The notes under the pieces are model-generated. The model saw only the letters and a list, made by a program, of their open reading frames with translations. It had not been told where the DNA came from and made no database searches. From IMG/VR virus record IMGVR_UViG_3300025000_000057: DNA of 64,000 nt; one strand, written 5' to 3'. Positions 14,640-24,236 of this stretch are shown here, piece by piece. How positions within the stretch are numbered: the first letter of the stretch is position 1; each line of letters opens with the position of its first letter. The translations under genes were made by a program, and so were the position numbers. The DNA is from a virus (taxonomy: Duplodnaviria; Caudoviricetes).

Positions 14640-16141
14640 TAGCTAAATCTCCTTATCTCCAGTATTAATATATCGCCTTTGATAAGTGGTTCGTCAAATT
14701 CGATTGTAGTAGGATTGGTCTCAGCGTAAGCTCCCCAGGGTGTTGCCTCGGTTATTGGGCTTTGCCGGCTGCCGTTTACATAGACCGCGAGTTCATTTGT
14801 ACCTACCTTATACGGAACGCCTATAGTAACCTGAAATTGCTCATCCTCTTCTATCATCATATGGTACGTGATAATTCCTAATGGCTCGTTCCAGATATGA
14901 TAGGTAGGCGCTTCTTCTTCTACGGTTATTACATCTGCTATAAATTCATTACTAAACTCTCCACTAGTAAGTACCTTGAATTTAATAGTACCAATTACCG
15001 TCGAGGGAATGAATAATGATATCTCCGTATCAGACCAGTACTCTGTAGCTACAGGAGTATTATTAATAAAGATTGTCCCAGATTCGCCAAAGTTAACACC
15101 AAAGACAGTCGTTACCTGTCTTTGAATAGGTTTTATCGGACTGGTAGATCTTATTTCAGGGTTCGGGGATATTACTAAGCTGTGTGGAAGACTTACTAAT
15201 CCATCACATTCGACAATAACCTGTTGAGTACCGGTAAAGTTGGCTGGCGGAACTACTCTAACCCTGTCTGGAGGTATCCATTCCAAGACCATCAATGGTA
15301 CTCCATTGATGGTGACATTACCATGGTCTAAGAAGCCATTTCCAATGAGAGTAAACTCTCTACCTTGTAAAACCTTGACCGGCTCGTGACTTATAATCTC
15401 AGGACTAGAATGAATCTGGAAATTATAGTACTCAGAAGTTACTCCGCTCAGTGTAGTAACTTTAACAGTAGCTTGTCCTCTTGCTACCGATGGTAGATTT
15501 ATTCTTATACTACTGTCTGACCAATAAGTAGGTGTAAGTTCTATATCGTTTACATAAATCTTACCCATCTGTGCTCTAAAGTTTACACCGTTAATAGTCA
15601 TTTCCTGTCCCGCAACTGGATTTAGAATTCCGTTAATCACAGGATACATCTTAATCCAGAGTAGATAGGCAGAACTCTTTAATGTAAATTGTTGAACAAT
15701 AACTTCGGCATATTCTGAGATACTGTTAGGTAATAGACACTCTATACGAGTATCCATCCAAGTAACTAATTGAGCTGGTCTACCTCCGATGTAAACGGCT
15801 CCAGTATCGTTACCAAAACCTTGCCCATAGATAGCTATATAGCTATCTTCGTCCGGTTCAATTGGATCGATCCTGTTTATAATTGGATTATTACCGACTG
15901 CCGCTATATTAACAACGACCGAGTTACTGTAGCCAACTTCTGTCTTAACTATAAAGGACATCGATTGGTCTATAAACCGTGAAGGTATAGTAAGTATTAT
16001 CTTATTATCTGCCCATGAATCGTAAGAAGTCTCATAGCCATTGATGTATACCATTCCGGATGCGCCAAAACCCGTACCGGTAATCGTAGCTATATCACCA
16101 CTGGTTAATGTTTGTGGAGAGACATATGATATATTAGGCAT
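14639..16141 (-). CDS. IPT/TIG (Ig-like) repeat protein (500 aa)
   Basis: About five repeats of I..ISP......ITITG.GFG..G.VYI....W.D..I...P. Confidence 0.85.
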   Translation of the reverse strand: MPNISYVSPQTLTSGDIATITGTGFGASGMVYINGYETSYDSWADNKIILTIPSRFIDQSMSFIVKTEVGYSNSVVVNIAAVGNNPIINRIDPIEPDEDSYIAIYGQGFGNDTGAVYIGGRPAQLVTWMDTRIECLLPNSISEYAEVIVQQFTLKSSAYLLWIKMYPVINGILNPVAGQEMTINGVNFRAQMGKIYVNDIELTPTYWSDSSIRINLPSVARGQATVKVTTLSGVTSEYYNFQIHSSPEIISHEPVKVLQGREFTLIGNGFLDHGNVTINGVPLMVLEWIPPDRVRVVPPANFTGTQQVIVECDGLVSLPHSLVISPNPEIRSTSPIKPIQRQVTTVFGVNFGESGTIFINNTPVATEYWSDTEISLFIPSTVIGTIKFKVLTSGEFSNEFIADVITVEEEAPTYHIWNEPLGIITYHMMIEEDEQFQVTIGVPYKVGTNELAVYVNGSRQSPITEATPWGAYAETNPTTIEFDEPLIKGDILILEIRRFS

Positions 16142-16147
16142 TATAAT

Positions 16148-16504
16148 TTAACCACCAAGAATTGTACCTTTATATATTTGTTCTCCTGGCGCTTCATGAA
16201 ATACGCAAAGGGTTACCTCCGCATTTGCAGGTAATAGTATACCCCTGTCTGCAATATAAGCATTTCTCATATTAGGATGAACTTGCTGAGCGTACCATGG
16301 ATTGCTATCATCGAATGTTTGATTTGGAAAGTTAGCATCCCACCATTGAGGTGTTAGGTTTCTAACATACATTCTAAATTCAGCAGACCAGCTACCTGTC
16401 GCATTAAAGCCTATTAGGTAACGTACGCCGTCAGCTATCCATTTGCTAATAATGGTTTCTTGTTCTGGTTGAACAATTGTACCTTTATTATTTCTGGCAA
16501 GCAT
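16148..16504 (-). CDS. Hypothetical protein (118 aa)
   Basis: In operon; no family recognised. Confidence 0.8.
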   Translation of the reverse strand: MLARNNKGTIVQPEQETIISKWIADGVRYLIGFNATGSWSAEFRMYVRNLTPQWWDANFPNQTFDDSNPWYAQQVHPNMRNAYIADRGILLPANAEVTLCVFHEAPGEQIYKGTILGG

Positions 16505-16506
16505 GA

Positions 16507-16935
16507 CTATTCCCCTTTCAACGGCGACGGTACAGTAATACCCACTCTCCTTAGTCTCCTTAATAAGGACTCTAAGTTAAGGGGCATATCGTAACGTATT
16601 CTGATTAGCTTAATACCACGTTCATTACAAACTTTATTCTTGATCTTGTCACATCGTTTCTGATGTTCAAATGCGTCGATTGAAGAATGAAAGTACGTTG
16701 AATATTGAACATGTTGCCGACCATCAACTTCGATAGCCAACTTTAACTCAGGATAGTACCTATCTAATTGCATAGGACTACCATGGGGGCTTTTAAGCCA
16801 TGAATAAAACCCGTTATCTATGGCTATTAAATTTGGCAATATCTTATTAAACAGCATCATTACTTTCCACTCGCGTTTAGAGTTGTAAGGGCCCTTGCTG
16901 TTTCTGGGTTTTACTTTCGGTTTACCTTTATTCAT
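16507..16935 (-). CDS. Vsr/DUF559-like PD-(D/E)XK endonuclease
   Basis: QLDRYYPELKLAIEVDGRQH...D..K...C...GIKLIRIRY pattern. Confidence 0.8.
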   Translation of the reverse strand: MNKGKPKVKPRNSKGPYNSKREWKVMMLFNKILPNLIAIDNGFYSWLKSPHGSPMQLDRYYPELKLAIEVDGRQHVQYSTYFHSSIDAFEHQKRCDKIKNKVCNERGIKLIRIRYDMPLNLESLLRRLRRVGITVPSPLKGE

Positions 16936-17704
16936 GGTCGGAGTGTCCTTTAATATATGTTTTGGCAGCTAAACGTTTCCGATTTATAGTAGCTCTACAC
17001 AGGCCCAGTGTATTTGCTATCTTCTGATCTGACATCTCGTAGATGTAGTATAACTGCAAGATTCGTCTATCCAGGGGATTAAACTTTAAATAAGCTTCTT
17101 CACATGTAAATCCGCAAATCCAGTTTTCATCTATTTCACTTGTGAGTTCAGTTTGTTTACATCGACCCTGCTTGTATATTAAGTTATCGATGAAGTCCTG
17201 GTTATCAAGTTCTTCATCTGTATAATTAAAGTTCGTTAGTTCGTTAGCGAAAGCTGAAGGATCTGTAATTAACTTTTGCAGGTGCCTATGTACGTAATAG
17301 TGAAATGATTTCTGCACATAGGTATGAAAGCAGTAAACCCCATCGTCCCGTAACTTATACCTATTGGCCATTTCGAGTAAGATACAAACAAGTTCATTGT
17401 ACACTTCTTCTTTTTCATTATTCTTGAATATGTTTTGTATCCAGGATGCACGTTTAAGGATCTCTTCAACAACATCCTTGTACTTGTAATAGCCGTGTAA
17501 TCGTTTCAGTACGTAAGGTTTTTTGATATATAAACCTACATATGAACGAAGAGATGTGTCAGATATATCGAGCCGGCCATATTTGATGAGGTTTATAAAC
17601 TTCATGATAAAACCTTCAAAATGTCTAACGATTTCATTAGCCGCATCATTATCTCCGTCTCGATATCGCCTGACCAGATCATCTAACTCTTTGTATTCAA
17701 GCAA
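16928..17704 (-). CDS. Phage-encoded sigma-70 family RNA polymerase sigma factor
   Basis: Region 2-like LVRRYRDGDNDAANEIVRHFEGFI and region 4 DRRILQLYYIYEMSDQKIANTLGLCRATINR. Confidence 0.85.
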   Translation of the reverse strand: MLEYKELDDLVRRYRDGDNDAANEIVRHFEGFIMKFINLIKYGRLDISDTSLRSYVGLYIKKPYVLKRLHGYYKYKDVVEEILKRASWIQNIFKNNEKEEVYNELVCILLEMANRYKLRDDGVYCFHTYVQKSFHYYVHRHLQKLITDPSAFANELTNFNYTDEELDNQDFIDNLIYKQGRCKQTELTSEIDENWICGFTCEEAYLKFNPLDRRILQLYYIYEMSDQKIANTLGLCRATINRKRLAAKTYIKGHSDHE

Positions 17705-17709
17705 TTAGA

Positions 17710-18255
17710 TTAGGCCTCTTTGATTGATGTAGGTATTATATTGTAGGTATATAAACCCGCCACTGCATCTGCCATATCATCTTGCTTAGGAGCCCGTTTC
17801 TTTCCGATATACTCCGGTATAATATGTTTTAATACAACTGGTTGGTTCTTAAATATATCAACGACCTTCAACATTACTTCTTCTTTCTCCGCATGTTTAA
17901 ATCCTGTAATTGTAAATTTGATTTGTCCGTTTTCAAATGTACCGACCCTGATGTTATTAAGTCCGGCTGCGAGCTGTATAACTCCGTCAGCCTTACCCAT
18001 AGAGAGTGCGTTCTTTACACTAGTACTCTTGCCGAGAAATTTCTCTTCCATTATCATATACTCTACCTGGAACTCCTTGATTAAAGTGTCAACACGGTTA
18101 AAGATATGACTTAATCTCTTTTCTAGAGGATGTTTACTATTAGTTGTCACTCTTTCGATATACATGATATTTGGAAGATGTGTATTGAACTCGCACTGGC
18201 CAATAGCGATTCCGCTAGAGGTCAAACTACCGTCTACAAACATAACTATAGACAT
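17710..18255 (-). CDS. ruvC: RuvC-like Holliday junction resolvase
   Basis: VDGSLTSSGIAI, IMEE, QIKFTITG..HAEKEEV, DDMADAVA; start moved to ATG 18255 (GGGGGT SD). Confidence 0.85.
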   Translation of the reverse strand: MSIVMFVDGSLTSSGIAIGQCEFNTHLPNIMYIERVTTNSKHPLEKRLSHIFNRVDTLIKEFQVEYMIMEEKFLGKSTSVKNALSMGKADGVIQLAAGLNNIRVGTFENGQIKFTITGFKHAEKEEVMLKVVDIFKNQPVVLKHIIPEYIGKKRAPKQDDMADAVAGLYTYNIIPTSIKEA

Positions 18256-18259
18256 CGAT

Positions 18260-18847
18260 CTACCCCCATTCTTTAAGATTGGTAGGCAGTGTCTCGTCAA
18301 GCGCATCGGATACATTGTGACCAATACTCATTTCCAGCATCTTAGTTACTATTTGAGTATGCAATGATTCTAACTTTTCTGCCTTGGTATTACTATATGC
18401 AGCATGAAGTTTTCCATGAGAGTTGGTTAATGTTACTACTTCAGCTTCTATTACTTTAGAAGTACGTTTAGCTAGATCGCCGGCTAGTGTAGTATCTAAT
18501 GTATTTCCTTCTCTTGAATAATGTTTCCAACCTCGGGCTAATACAGTACGTGTTAACCGGCTATGTTCTTGTTCGATACTCTCCTGAGTCCATCCTTCAG
18601 GAGCTCCCTCTTTGTGCCATTTATGAAGTTTCTCATGGCTCGCTAAAGCCTCTATCATATTTCCAGCAGGTACTTTAAGTATATTATTAGTCGATTCAGT
18701 AACGGTGGACGACTCTCGAACGGAATCTTCAATACGTTCCTGAGCATCCCATTGTTCTTTTAAGTCAGGATCGAGAATTTCAAGTTTACCATCATCTGAT
18801 TCTTTAAATACAGGTTGGCCCGTACGGGCGTTTCTAAATGTAATCAT
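18260..18847 (-). CDS. Hypothetical protein (195 aa)
   Basis: AGGAGG SD; internal duplicated LH/H motif. Confidence 0.85.
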   Translation of the reverse strand: MITFRNARTGQPVFKESDDGKLEILDPDLKEQWDAQERIEDSVRESSTVTESTNNILKVPAGNMIEALASHEKLHKWHKEGAPEGWTQESIEQEHSRLTRTVLARGWKHYSREGNTLDTTLAGDLAKRTSKVIEAEVVTLTNSHGKLHAAYSNTKAEKLESLHTQIVTKMLEMSIGHNVSDALDETLPTNLKEWG

Positions 18848-18856
18848 GTAGTCCTC

Positions 18857-19621
18857 CTAAAACCACTGTTTTCTTAGACAGTGTAATCGGTACGAGCAGG
18901 TATGACACTGACCACCCAGGTTAGGTACAATTAATTCATGTTTGATAGCTTTTTCGAAGTTATCCAGTATCTTAACCAGTCGTTTGTAATCTTCTGTACC
19001 TCTGGTACTTTTATATATAGCACCAGTATCTAAATACAGGTATTGGACATAGCTCTCCTTTGTCTTAAGAAGGTACCTTAAGGCAAAGGAAGCCGCTGTC
19101 AATTCTACATCGTGCTTTAATTGCGTTTGTTCGGCTCTACGCTTAGACATTCTGACATCAATAAGTTCGACTTCTTCATCGACAATTCTAACCAGTTCTA
19201 TCAATCCTGATACGGTGTGGCGACCCAATGGAACGGTGTAGGTTTGTCCTACCAGTATGGGAACACCTGGCTTCTCTTTATATTGCTCCCTTAATCTAAG
19301 GCCTATATCCAGCCCTTGCCGTTCCTTAAAACGAGGATTATATGTTATCTTATTACCATTCGAGTATAAGTGTGAAAGGATCTGTTGCATACTTCTGCCG
19401 GGACACCATATTCTACCCCAAGCTTGCTTTACATGATAGCCAGATGGGTAATAGTTATTCTGTACCTGATTAAATAAGTAGTAGAATAACTGATGTATAG
19501 CCTGATTAAATACCTCATGTACCATGAATCTCTTTTGGGGTATTAGATTGTCTTTGTATTTGAGCTTCCACATTAGAGGACATTGCATATAAGTATTAAG
19601 CTCTTTAATATCTACAACCAA
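18857..19621 (-). CDS. PD-(D/E)XK (RecB/Cas4-like) nuclease-fold protein with 4-Cys cluster motif
   Basis: YMQCPL..KLKY N-terminus, CHTCSYRLHC C-terminus; catalytic motifs degenerate. Confidence 0.8.
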   Translation of the reverse strand: MVVDIKELNTYMQCPLMWKLKYKDNLIPQKRFMVHEVFNQAIHQLFYYLFNQVQNNYYPSGYHVKQAWGRIWCPGRSMQQILSHLYSNGNKITYNPRFKERQGLDIGLRLREQYKEKPGVPILVGQTYTVPLGRHTVSGLIELVRIVDEEVELIDVRMSKRRAEQTQLKHDVELTAASFALRYLLKTKESYVQYLYLDTGAIYKSTRGTEDYKRLVKILDNFEKAIKHELIVPNLGGQCHTCSYRLHCLRKQWF

Positions 19622-19636
19622 TTGTGACTACCTACT

Positions 19637-19924
19637 TTACTGACAAGTTACGCAGCGCATAAAGATTTCTTCTATCTGCTCTCTAACCTCTTCTACCGTA
19701 TTCTTGGTATTTAACTCGTAGGAAAGTTGTTCGGGATTTTTACTCCGTACTGGCATTTCCTTAACAGTATATAATACCTCTGAAACATTATACTTTTGTA
19801 TCAATGTTTCAATTATTTGTGTTACGGTTATAGAGGTTATGTTGGCAGCTTTATTTACAAAGATAAATGCATTCTTATTAGCCATCGTTAAATGAAACGC
19901 ATGAATATTATTTAGACTGTTCAA
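19637..19924 (-). CDS. Hypothetical protein (95 aa)
   Basis: ORF in operon. Confidence 0.7.
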   Translation of the reverse strand: MNSLNNIHAFHLTMANKNAFIFVNKAANITSITVTQIIETLIQKYNVSEVLYTVKEMPVRSKNPEQLSYELNTKNTVEEVREQIEEIFMRCVTCQ

Positions 19925-20081
19925 TCTTTCTTACCTTCTTTCGGATCTTATTTACCTTATTACGTACGATTGATGTAGCTTTACCCTTTGTTAATTCGTC
20001 ACAATCTCTCCCGGATAGTGCTTTAACAAATGCCATTTGAACCGGCGTAGCGGGTCTTTCTTTCCAGTTACCCATTATCAT
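19908..20081 (-). CDS. Small hypothetical protein (57 aa)
   Basis: MIMGNWKERPATPVQMAFVKALSG fills the gap between 19924 and 20093; weak SD. Confidence 0.5.
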   Translation of the reverse strand: MIMGNWKERPATPVQMAFVKALSGRDCDELTKGKATSIVRNKVNKIRKKVRKIEQSK

Positions 20082-20092
20082 GGTAATCGCTA

Positions 20093-20470
20093 TCAGAATG
20101 ATAAACCGAAGGTATTAGAGTCTGGTAATCTCTTAGCTTCCCGTCGTTTTATCTCTTCTTGTGCAGCTTTTCTGTGCCGATCGGGATCCATTCCGGTTGA
20201 GAGGTCGAGGGTAGCTCCAATCGCTTCGTCACATGCATCATGTAATAAGTTTTTATACTGGTAAGCTCTCCGTTTAGGATCTTTACTAAAATCGTTAGTT
20301 CGAATTGGCTTACCGCAAGCTTGACATATAAGCTCACCTGGCTTAGAAGGAACCTTTTTAGGTGGTACAAAATCTATAGTTTGAGAATAGTCTATACCAG
20401 GCACTTCATTTACACCAGCATTAATCTTAGGGATATTTACCTTTCCCTTAAATTCTTCCCTGGCTCTCAT
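20093..20470 (-). CDS. Hypothetical protein with CxxC motif (125 aa)
   Basis: AAAGGAG SD before ATG 20470; ICQACGKP. Confidence 0.75.
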   Translation of the reverse strand: MRAREEFKGKVNIPKINAGVNEVPGIDYSQTIDFVPPKKVPSKPGELICQACGKPIRTNDFSKDPKRRAYQYKNLLHDACDEAIGATLDLSTGMDPDRHRKAAQEEIKRREAKRLPDSNTFGLSF

Positions 20471-20744
20471 TTTGTTCATCTCCTTTCTTCTTACCCTCGT
20501 TAATACTGGGTAAGAAATGCATTAATCTGTGCCGTTGATTCTCTCGTCTAATCATAAAGTTGCGAGCTCGCTCATCATGTCCACATATAGGAACCTGGCA
20601 ATTTCCACACTTGATGAACAGATGACTGGCCTTAACTTTACATTTATAACAGATTTCACACGGTTGGTAGCGAGTACAACCCGCTTCTTCAACCTTTTGT
20701 CTGTAGTAATCCTTTCTACTACTCCATTCGTTTAATTGGGACAT
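20448..20744 (-). CDS. Cys-rich putative zinc-binding protein (98 aa)
   Basis: CEICYKC...CGNC...CGH. Confidence 0.7.
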   Translation of the reverse strand: MSQLNEWSSRKDYYRQKVEEAGCTRYQPCEICYKCKVKASHLFIKCGNCQVPICGHDERARNFMIRRENQRHRLMHFLPSINEGKKKGDEQNESQGRI

Positions 20745-21010
20745 ACTTTGACATCCTTTCTATACCTGTAAGTAGGCCATCCTTTCGGATAACACCGTCT
20801 AACAATTCGTTGACCAAGTAATCGTTGAATTACATGGACGGCATTTACAAAATCTCTAGCTTCATCAGGATGTTGACGATCCATCTCCCAGAAAGCTGCC
20901 ATACATTGATTAAGACCATCCATACAGTTCTGTTCCAGCTCGGTAAGACCAAGCTCATTAACGGATTCCGGTATTGGTAGATCGGCTTTTCTCTTTTCCA
21001 ACCCCTCCAT
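20732..21010 (-). CDS. Hypothetical phage protein (92 aa)
   Basis: AGGAGG SD before ATG 21010. Confidence 0.8.
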   Translation of the reverse strand: MEGLEKRKADLPIPESVNELGLTELEQNCMDGLNQCMAAFWEMDRQHPDEARDFVNAVHVIQRLLGQRIVRRCYPKGWPTYRYRKDVKVCPN

Positions 21011-21020
21011 TGTAAACCTC

Positions 21021-22133
21021 CTAATGATCTGTGTTATAAACCGCCTGAGTATAAATAGCCGTTCTAGCTGCATTAGCTTCTTCGAAGTAAGCCATCTCTG
21101 GATACATCTCAAAGAACAATCTGCCCTTATAACTATTATACTTGTTCTTATCGACCTTAACTTCGTATACAGGTTGTTTCTCTACTACACCCTTTCTCTC
21201 CCAATAACAAGCTGCGGCTTCTCCCTTAAGACCTACTTCGTTGTAACAAACAAGGATACTTTTAGCTTCATACTTAATCTTAACAGTCTCCCGAATATCC
21301 TCTTTGGTAGGTCTCTTATAGTTATTTAGTTTACGAAGCTCCGCTGTACATATTATAGGAATGCCAAGAGTGTTTGCCAAATCCGATACCGTTTGAGCAA
21401 TGTAATCATATTTGTTTTTATCATTGCCTACGACCATAGTATTGGCAGTTGTTAAATCATGAAAGTTATCTATAATAACTACTAACTTAAGAGGAGTGCT
21501 CTGGCTCTTTAATTTGATACACATCCTCTTAATTTCGTCAGTAATATCTTCTATATCTGTACCAAAAGCAGTAGAATCAACGGCTCTATATCTCCAAGCG
21601 GCTTGTTTCAACATTTCAATACCATGAAATACTCTGGTATATAAAATAGGATGAGAGTCTTTATAGGCGTTAGGATTACTTACAGCATTAATCAGTACTT
21701 TATTAGCCGCCGCCAGTATTCTGGCAAGCTTGTCCTTTAGAGGATCGTCTAGTGAAAAAGAAAGAACATATGCGTCAGGGTTGTTATTGTATATGTTCCA
21801 TTCTAACATAGATAGCCAGGACGACTTCCCGATATTACTATCACCTGCGACTACATGAAAGCCCGCTTGTAGTTTATTTAGTGCTTTATTTAGTCCACTC
21901 CATCCGGTATCAAACCCGTGATTATCTGATTGTATCTCTTTGGTAAACTGATCTATGGAATTCAACTGTTCTGCTACATAATCGGGCATATTAACGGTCT
22001 GATTAGATTCGCCTAATATAGGTCTCTCTCTATAATCTGCTGCACATGTTGAGTTTTCCTCTATTATATCTGGTATTTCATCAGGGATGTTACATATCTC
22101 TTCCTGATAACAGTATTCCGGTTCCCTATCCAT
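21021..22133 (-). CDS. dnaB: DnaB-like replicative helicase (ATPase domain)
   Basis: GFDTGWSGLN, VAGDSNIGKS Walker A, FSLDD, VIIDNFH, IPIICTAEL, KVDKNK. Confidence 0.88.
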   Translation of the reverse strand: MDREPEYCYQEEICNIPDEIPDIIEENSTCAADYRERPILGESNQTVNMPDYVAEQLNSIDQFTKEIQSDNHGFDTGWSGLNKALNKLQAGFHVVAGDSNIGKSSWLSMLEWNIYNNNPDAYVLSFSLDDPLKDKLARILAAANKVLINAVSNPNAYKDSHPILYTRVFHGIEMLKQAAWRYRAVDSTAFGTDIEDITDEIKRMCIKLKSQSTPLKLVVIIDNFHDLTTANTMVVGNDKNKYDYIAQTVSDLANTLGIPIICTAELRKLNNYKRPTKEDIRETVKIKYEAKSILVCYNEVGLKGEAAACYWERKGVVEKQPVYEVKVDKNKYNSYKGRLFFEMYPEMAYFEEANAARTAIYTQAVYNTDH

Positions 22134-23196
22134 GCTTATTTACCTGTCCTTTCTTTCGACGTGATGCAAACTTACATTTTGTAGGTTCGCATTCTGATAG
22201 AGCGATCATAGACCCACAACCCCAAGTTTTATTTGTCGTATACGCCGACCGAACCGTGCTTAGAAGCTCAGAGGCTGGTAGACTTGGCACACAGCATTTG
22301 TTATTCCAATCGTTCATTAAATCACAAGTCTCGTCATAAGGTTTACCAAACTGTTTAAAGAAGTTAGCCAGGGCAGCAGCGCTATTATTCCGCCGACCTT
22401 CTGCTATCTGGAAGTTTAGTATATTATCTACACAAGGAGGAACGAATTTCAGTCGACGGCCCGGTGCGTCATCTATTCGGTTAGGTTTAAAATCCTTAAT
22501 CAACTGACTAACCTTCTTGATAGCTTTAGCTACCGGAGCTGGATTCTTTATTTCTATCTTTCTCATCGTACTGGCTAATTCTTTTACCTCTATAAGACTT
22601 TTTGATACGACTTCTTGGTAAGTTAATGGTACTTTGTAAAACCCGCTGTCCTCGTGTCTGCTGTTTATTAATCGCCATAATCTCACCCTATCGTATATTC
22701 TAGTATCAAGCGTATCGTTAGGACAATATGTCTTAACTTCCATGACCATCTGTTTAAAGATTTCATTTAGATACTCATGAGGCTTATACCCTATACATTC
22801 GGCATGAATTAATAAACTTATACCCTTCTTACCGGAGAAATAAAAGCGTATCTGTTCCGTCATGATTCCATAGAATACATCATAAACGGATACGGCATGC
22901 CGTACATCCTCTACTACTTTTCTCCAACCTGCTTCAGCTATGTATGGATCGGGATTGATAAGATCTTTATTGTCAAAATCGTTGTAGAAGAAGTCTGCCC
23001 ATAACTCACCTTTCTGGTCTCCTTGCTTATACCTATAGGCGGTGGTATAGATTCCGACATTTCCGTGCATTTGCCTAAATTCTTCAATCTTGTCTATCGT
23101 GAGTATTATATTACGATGAAACCGGTTTCGTGGTAGTGCTACTCCCCCTTCTATCCAGAGGAATTCTTGGCTTATAGACAACACTAAGGCCTCCAT
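22126..23196 (-). CDS. Archaeo-eukaryotic-type primase with PriCT-1-like C-terminal domain; start uncertain
   Basis: YNDFD motif I, FSGKKG motif II region, IYDRVRLWRLINSRH, EGRRNNSAAALA...WN..C.PSL. Confidence 0.8.
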   Translation of the reverse strand: MEALVLSISQEFLWIEGGVALPRNRFHRNIILTIDKIEEFRQMHGNVGIYTTAYRYKQGDQKGELWADFFYNDFDNKDLINPDPYIAEAGWRKVVEDVRHAVSVYDVFYGIMTEQIRFYFSGKKGISLLIHAECIGYKPHEYLNEIFKQMVMEVKTYCPNDTLDTRIYDRVRLWRLINSRHEDSGFYKVPLTYQEVVSKSLIEVKELASTMRKIEIKNPAPVAKAIKKVSQLIKDFKPNRIDDAPGRRLKFVPPCVDNILNFQIAEGRRNNSAAALANFFKQFGKPYDETCDLMNDWNNKCCVPSLPASELLSTVRSAYTTNKTWGCGSMIALSECEPTKCKFASRRKKGQVNKHG

Positions 23197-23836
23197 TCTC
23201 TGTCAATTCAGTAAGTCTTGTCTGCATTAATTCCATGGCTTCTCTGGAATAGTCCTGAATAACCAATGGAGTATTGGGCTCTAGAATTTCACCAGCTATC
23301 ATCTTGTTAACTATAGTGTCGATCATATATAATACATGATCTATACCATAACCTTTAACAAGTATATTAAATACAGACATATATCTTGATATTTGATTAT
23401 TCCGTATCGGCTTTACAACCCAATTGTAGTAAGAAATAAGCTCTTCTATAGTATAACTAGCTCTTGGTTCCATGTAATAATCCTGTTGTTCGTACTTAAT
23501 CTCACCAGTGTTAATATCTACATCGATTACGGGAGCTGCCGCAAATACGCGAAGCTGAGAGTGAGTATAAACCGTACCAGGATAGAGTATGTTTTGTTTG
23601 TTGCGTTTAAGTTTATAAAAGAAGGCCAGGAGGTTTCCCTGCTCGGGTTCAACTCCTGGCGTTTTGGCGGCCGCTTGTGATATATGAGATATCATTTCAT
23701 CAGCAGTCCATCCATCTTTCAATAAGCTCCAGAATATATTGTATATATTGACTTTATCTTTATCCGTTATAGGCTTATTTAAGGGATAAAGATCTGTAAA
23801 GTATTTATACACAAGGTCGTATATTGAAAGTTTCAT
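23111..23836 (-). CDS. Hypothetical protein in replication operon (241 aa)
   Basis: Coupled to upstream gene; no family recognised. Confidence 0.8.
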   Translation of the reverse strand: MKLSIYDLVYKYFTDLYPLNKPITDKDKVNIYNIFWSLLKDGWTADEMISHISQAAAKTPGVEPEQGNLLAFFYKLKRNKQNILYPGTVYTHSQLRVFAAAPVIDVDINTGEIKYEQQDYYMEPRASYTIEELISYYNWVVKPIRNNQISRYMSVFNILVKGYGIDHVLYMIDTIVNKMIAGEILEPNTPLVIQDYSREAMELMQTRLTELTENGGLSVVYKPRIPLDRRGSSTTTKPVSS

Positions 23837-24151
23837 CTAATTATCTTCATCTACAATACCGAATAACAACATAGCGTCTTTAAGAGCAGATAGCTTAGCT
23901 TGATATACATTCGCTCCGGTACCAATACCATCCCTAAAGCCCATACCATCAATGAATAACCTTACTTGTAGTACGTATTCCCGTTCATCTAAGGTTGTCC
24001 CAGTATCGATAATGGAAAGACACCATTTATGATTGAACAAAGAGTTTAGCTCGTCCACTTCAGGAACGTTAGATAATAGTGTCTTTTTGATACTTTCACG
24101 GATTTGTCCATCTCTCATAAGACTTAATCCTGTTGCAATTGTACTTTCCAT
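23837..24151 (-). CDS. Compact Rad52/Rad22-like ssDNA-annealing protein (104 aa)
   Basis: LNSLF..KW...VRLFIDG..RDGIG...ALKDAM..FGI pattern. Confidence 0.5.
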   Translation of the reverse strand: MESTIATGLSLMRDGQIRESIKKTLLSNVPEVDELNSLFNHKWCLSIIDTGTTLDEREYVLQVRLFIDGMGFRDGIGTGANVYQAKLSALKDAMLLFGIVDEDN

Positions 24152-24180
24152 AATTACACTCCTTTGCGCTCTTTAATGCA

Positions 24181-24209
24181 ATTATACCACCTTGAATTTC
24201 ATTTTGCAA
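24181..24209 (-). promoter_or_regulatory. Sigma-A-type promoter of the replication operon
   Basis: TTGCAA-17 bp (ending TGG)-TATAAT on the - strand upstream of AAAGGAG SD. Confidence 0.8.
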
Positions 24210-24236
24210 CACGTATTTGCCAAAAGGGATTACATA

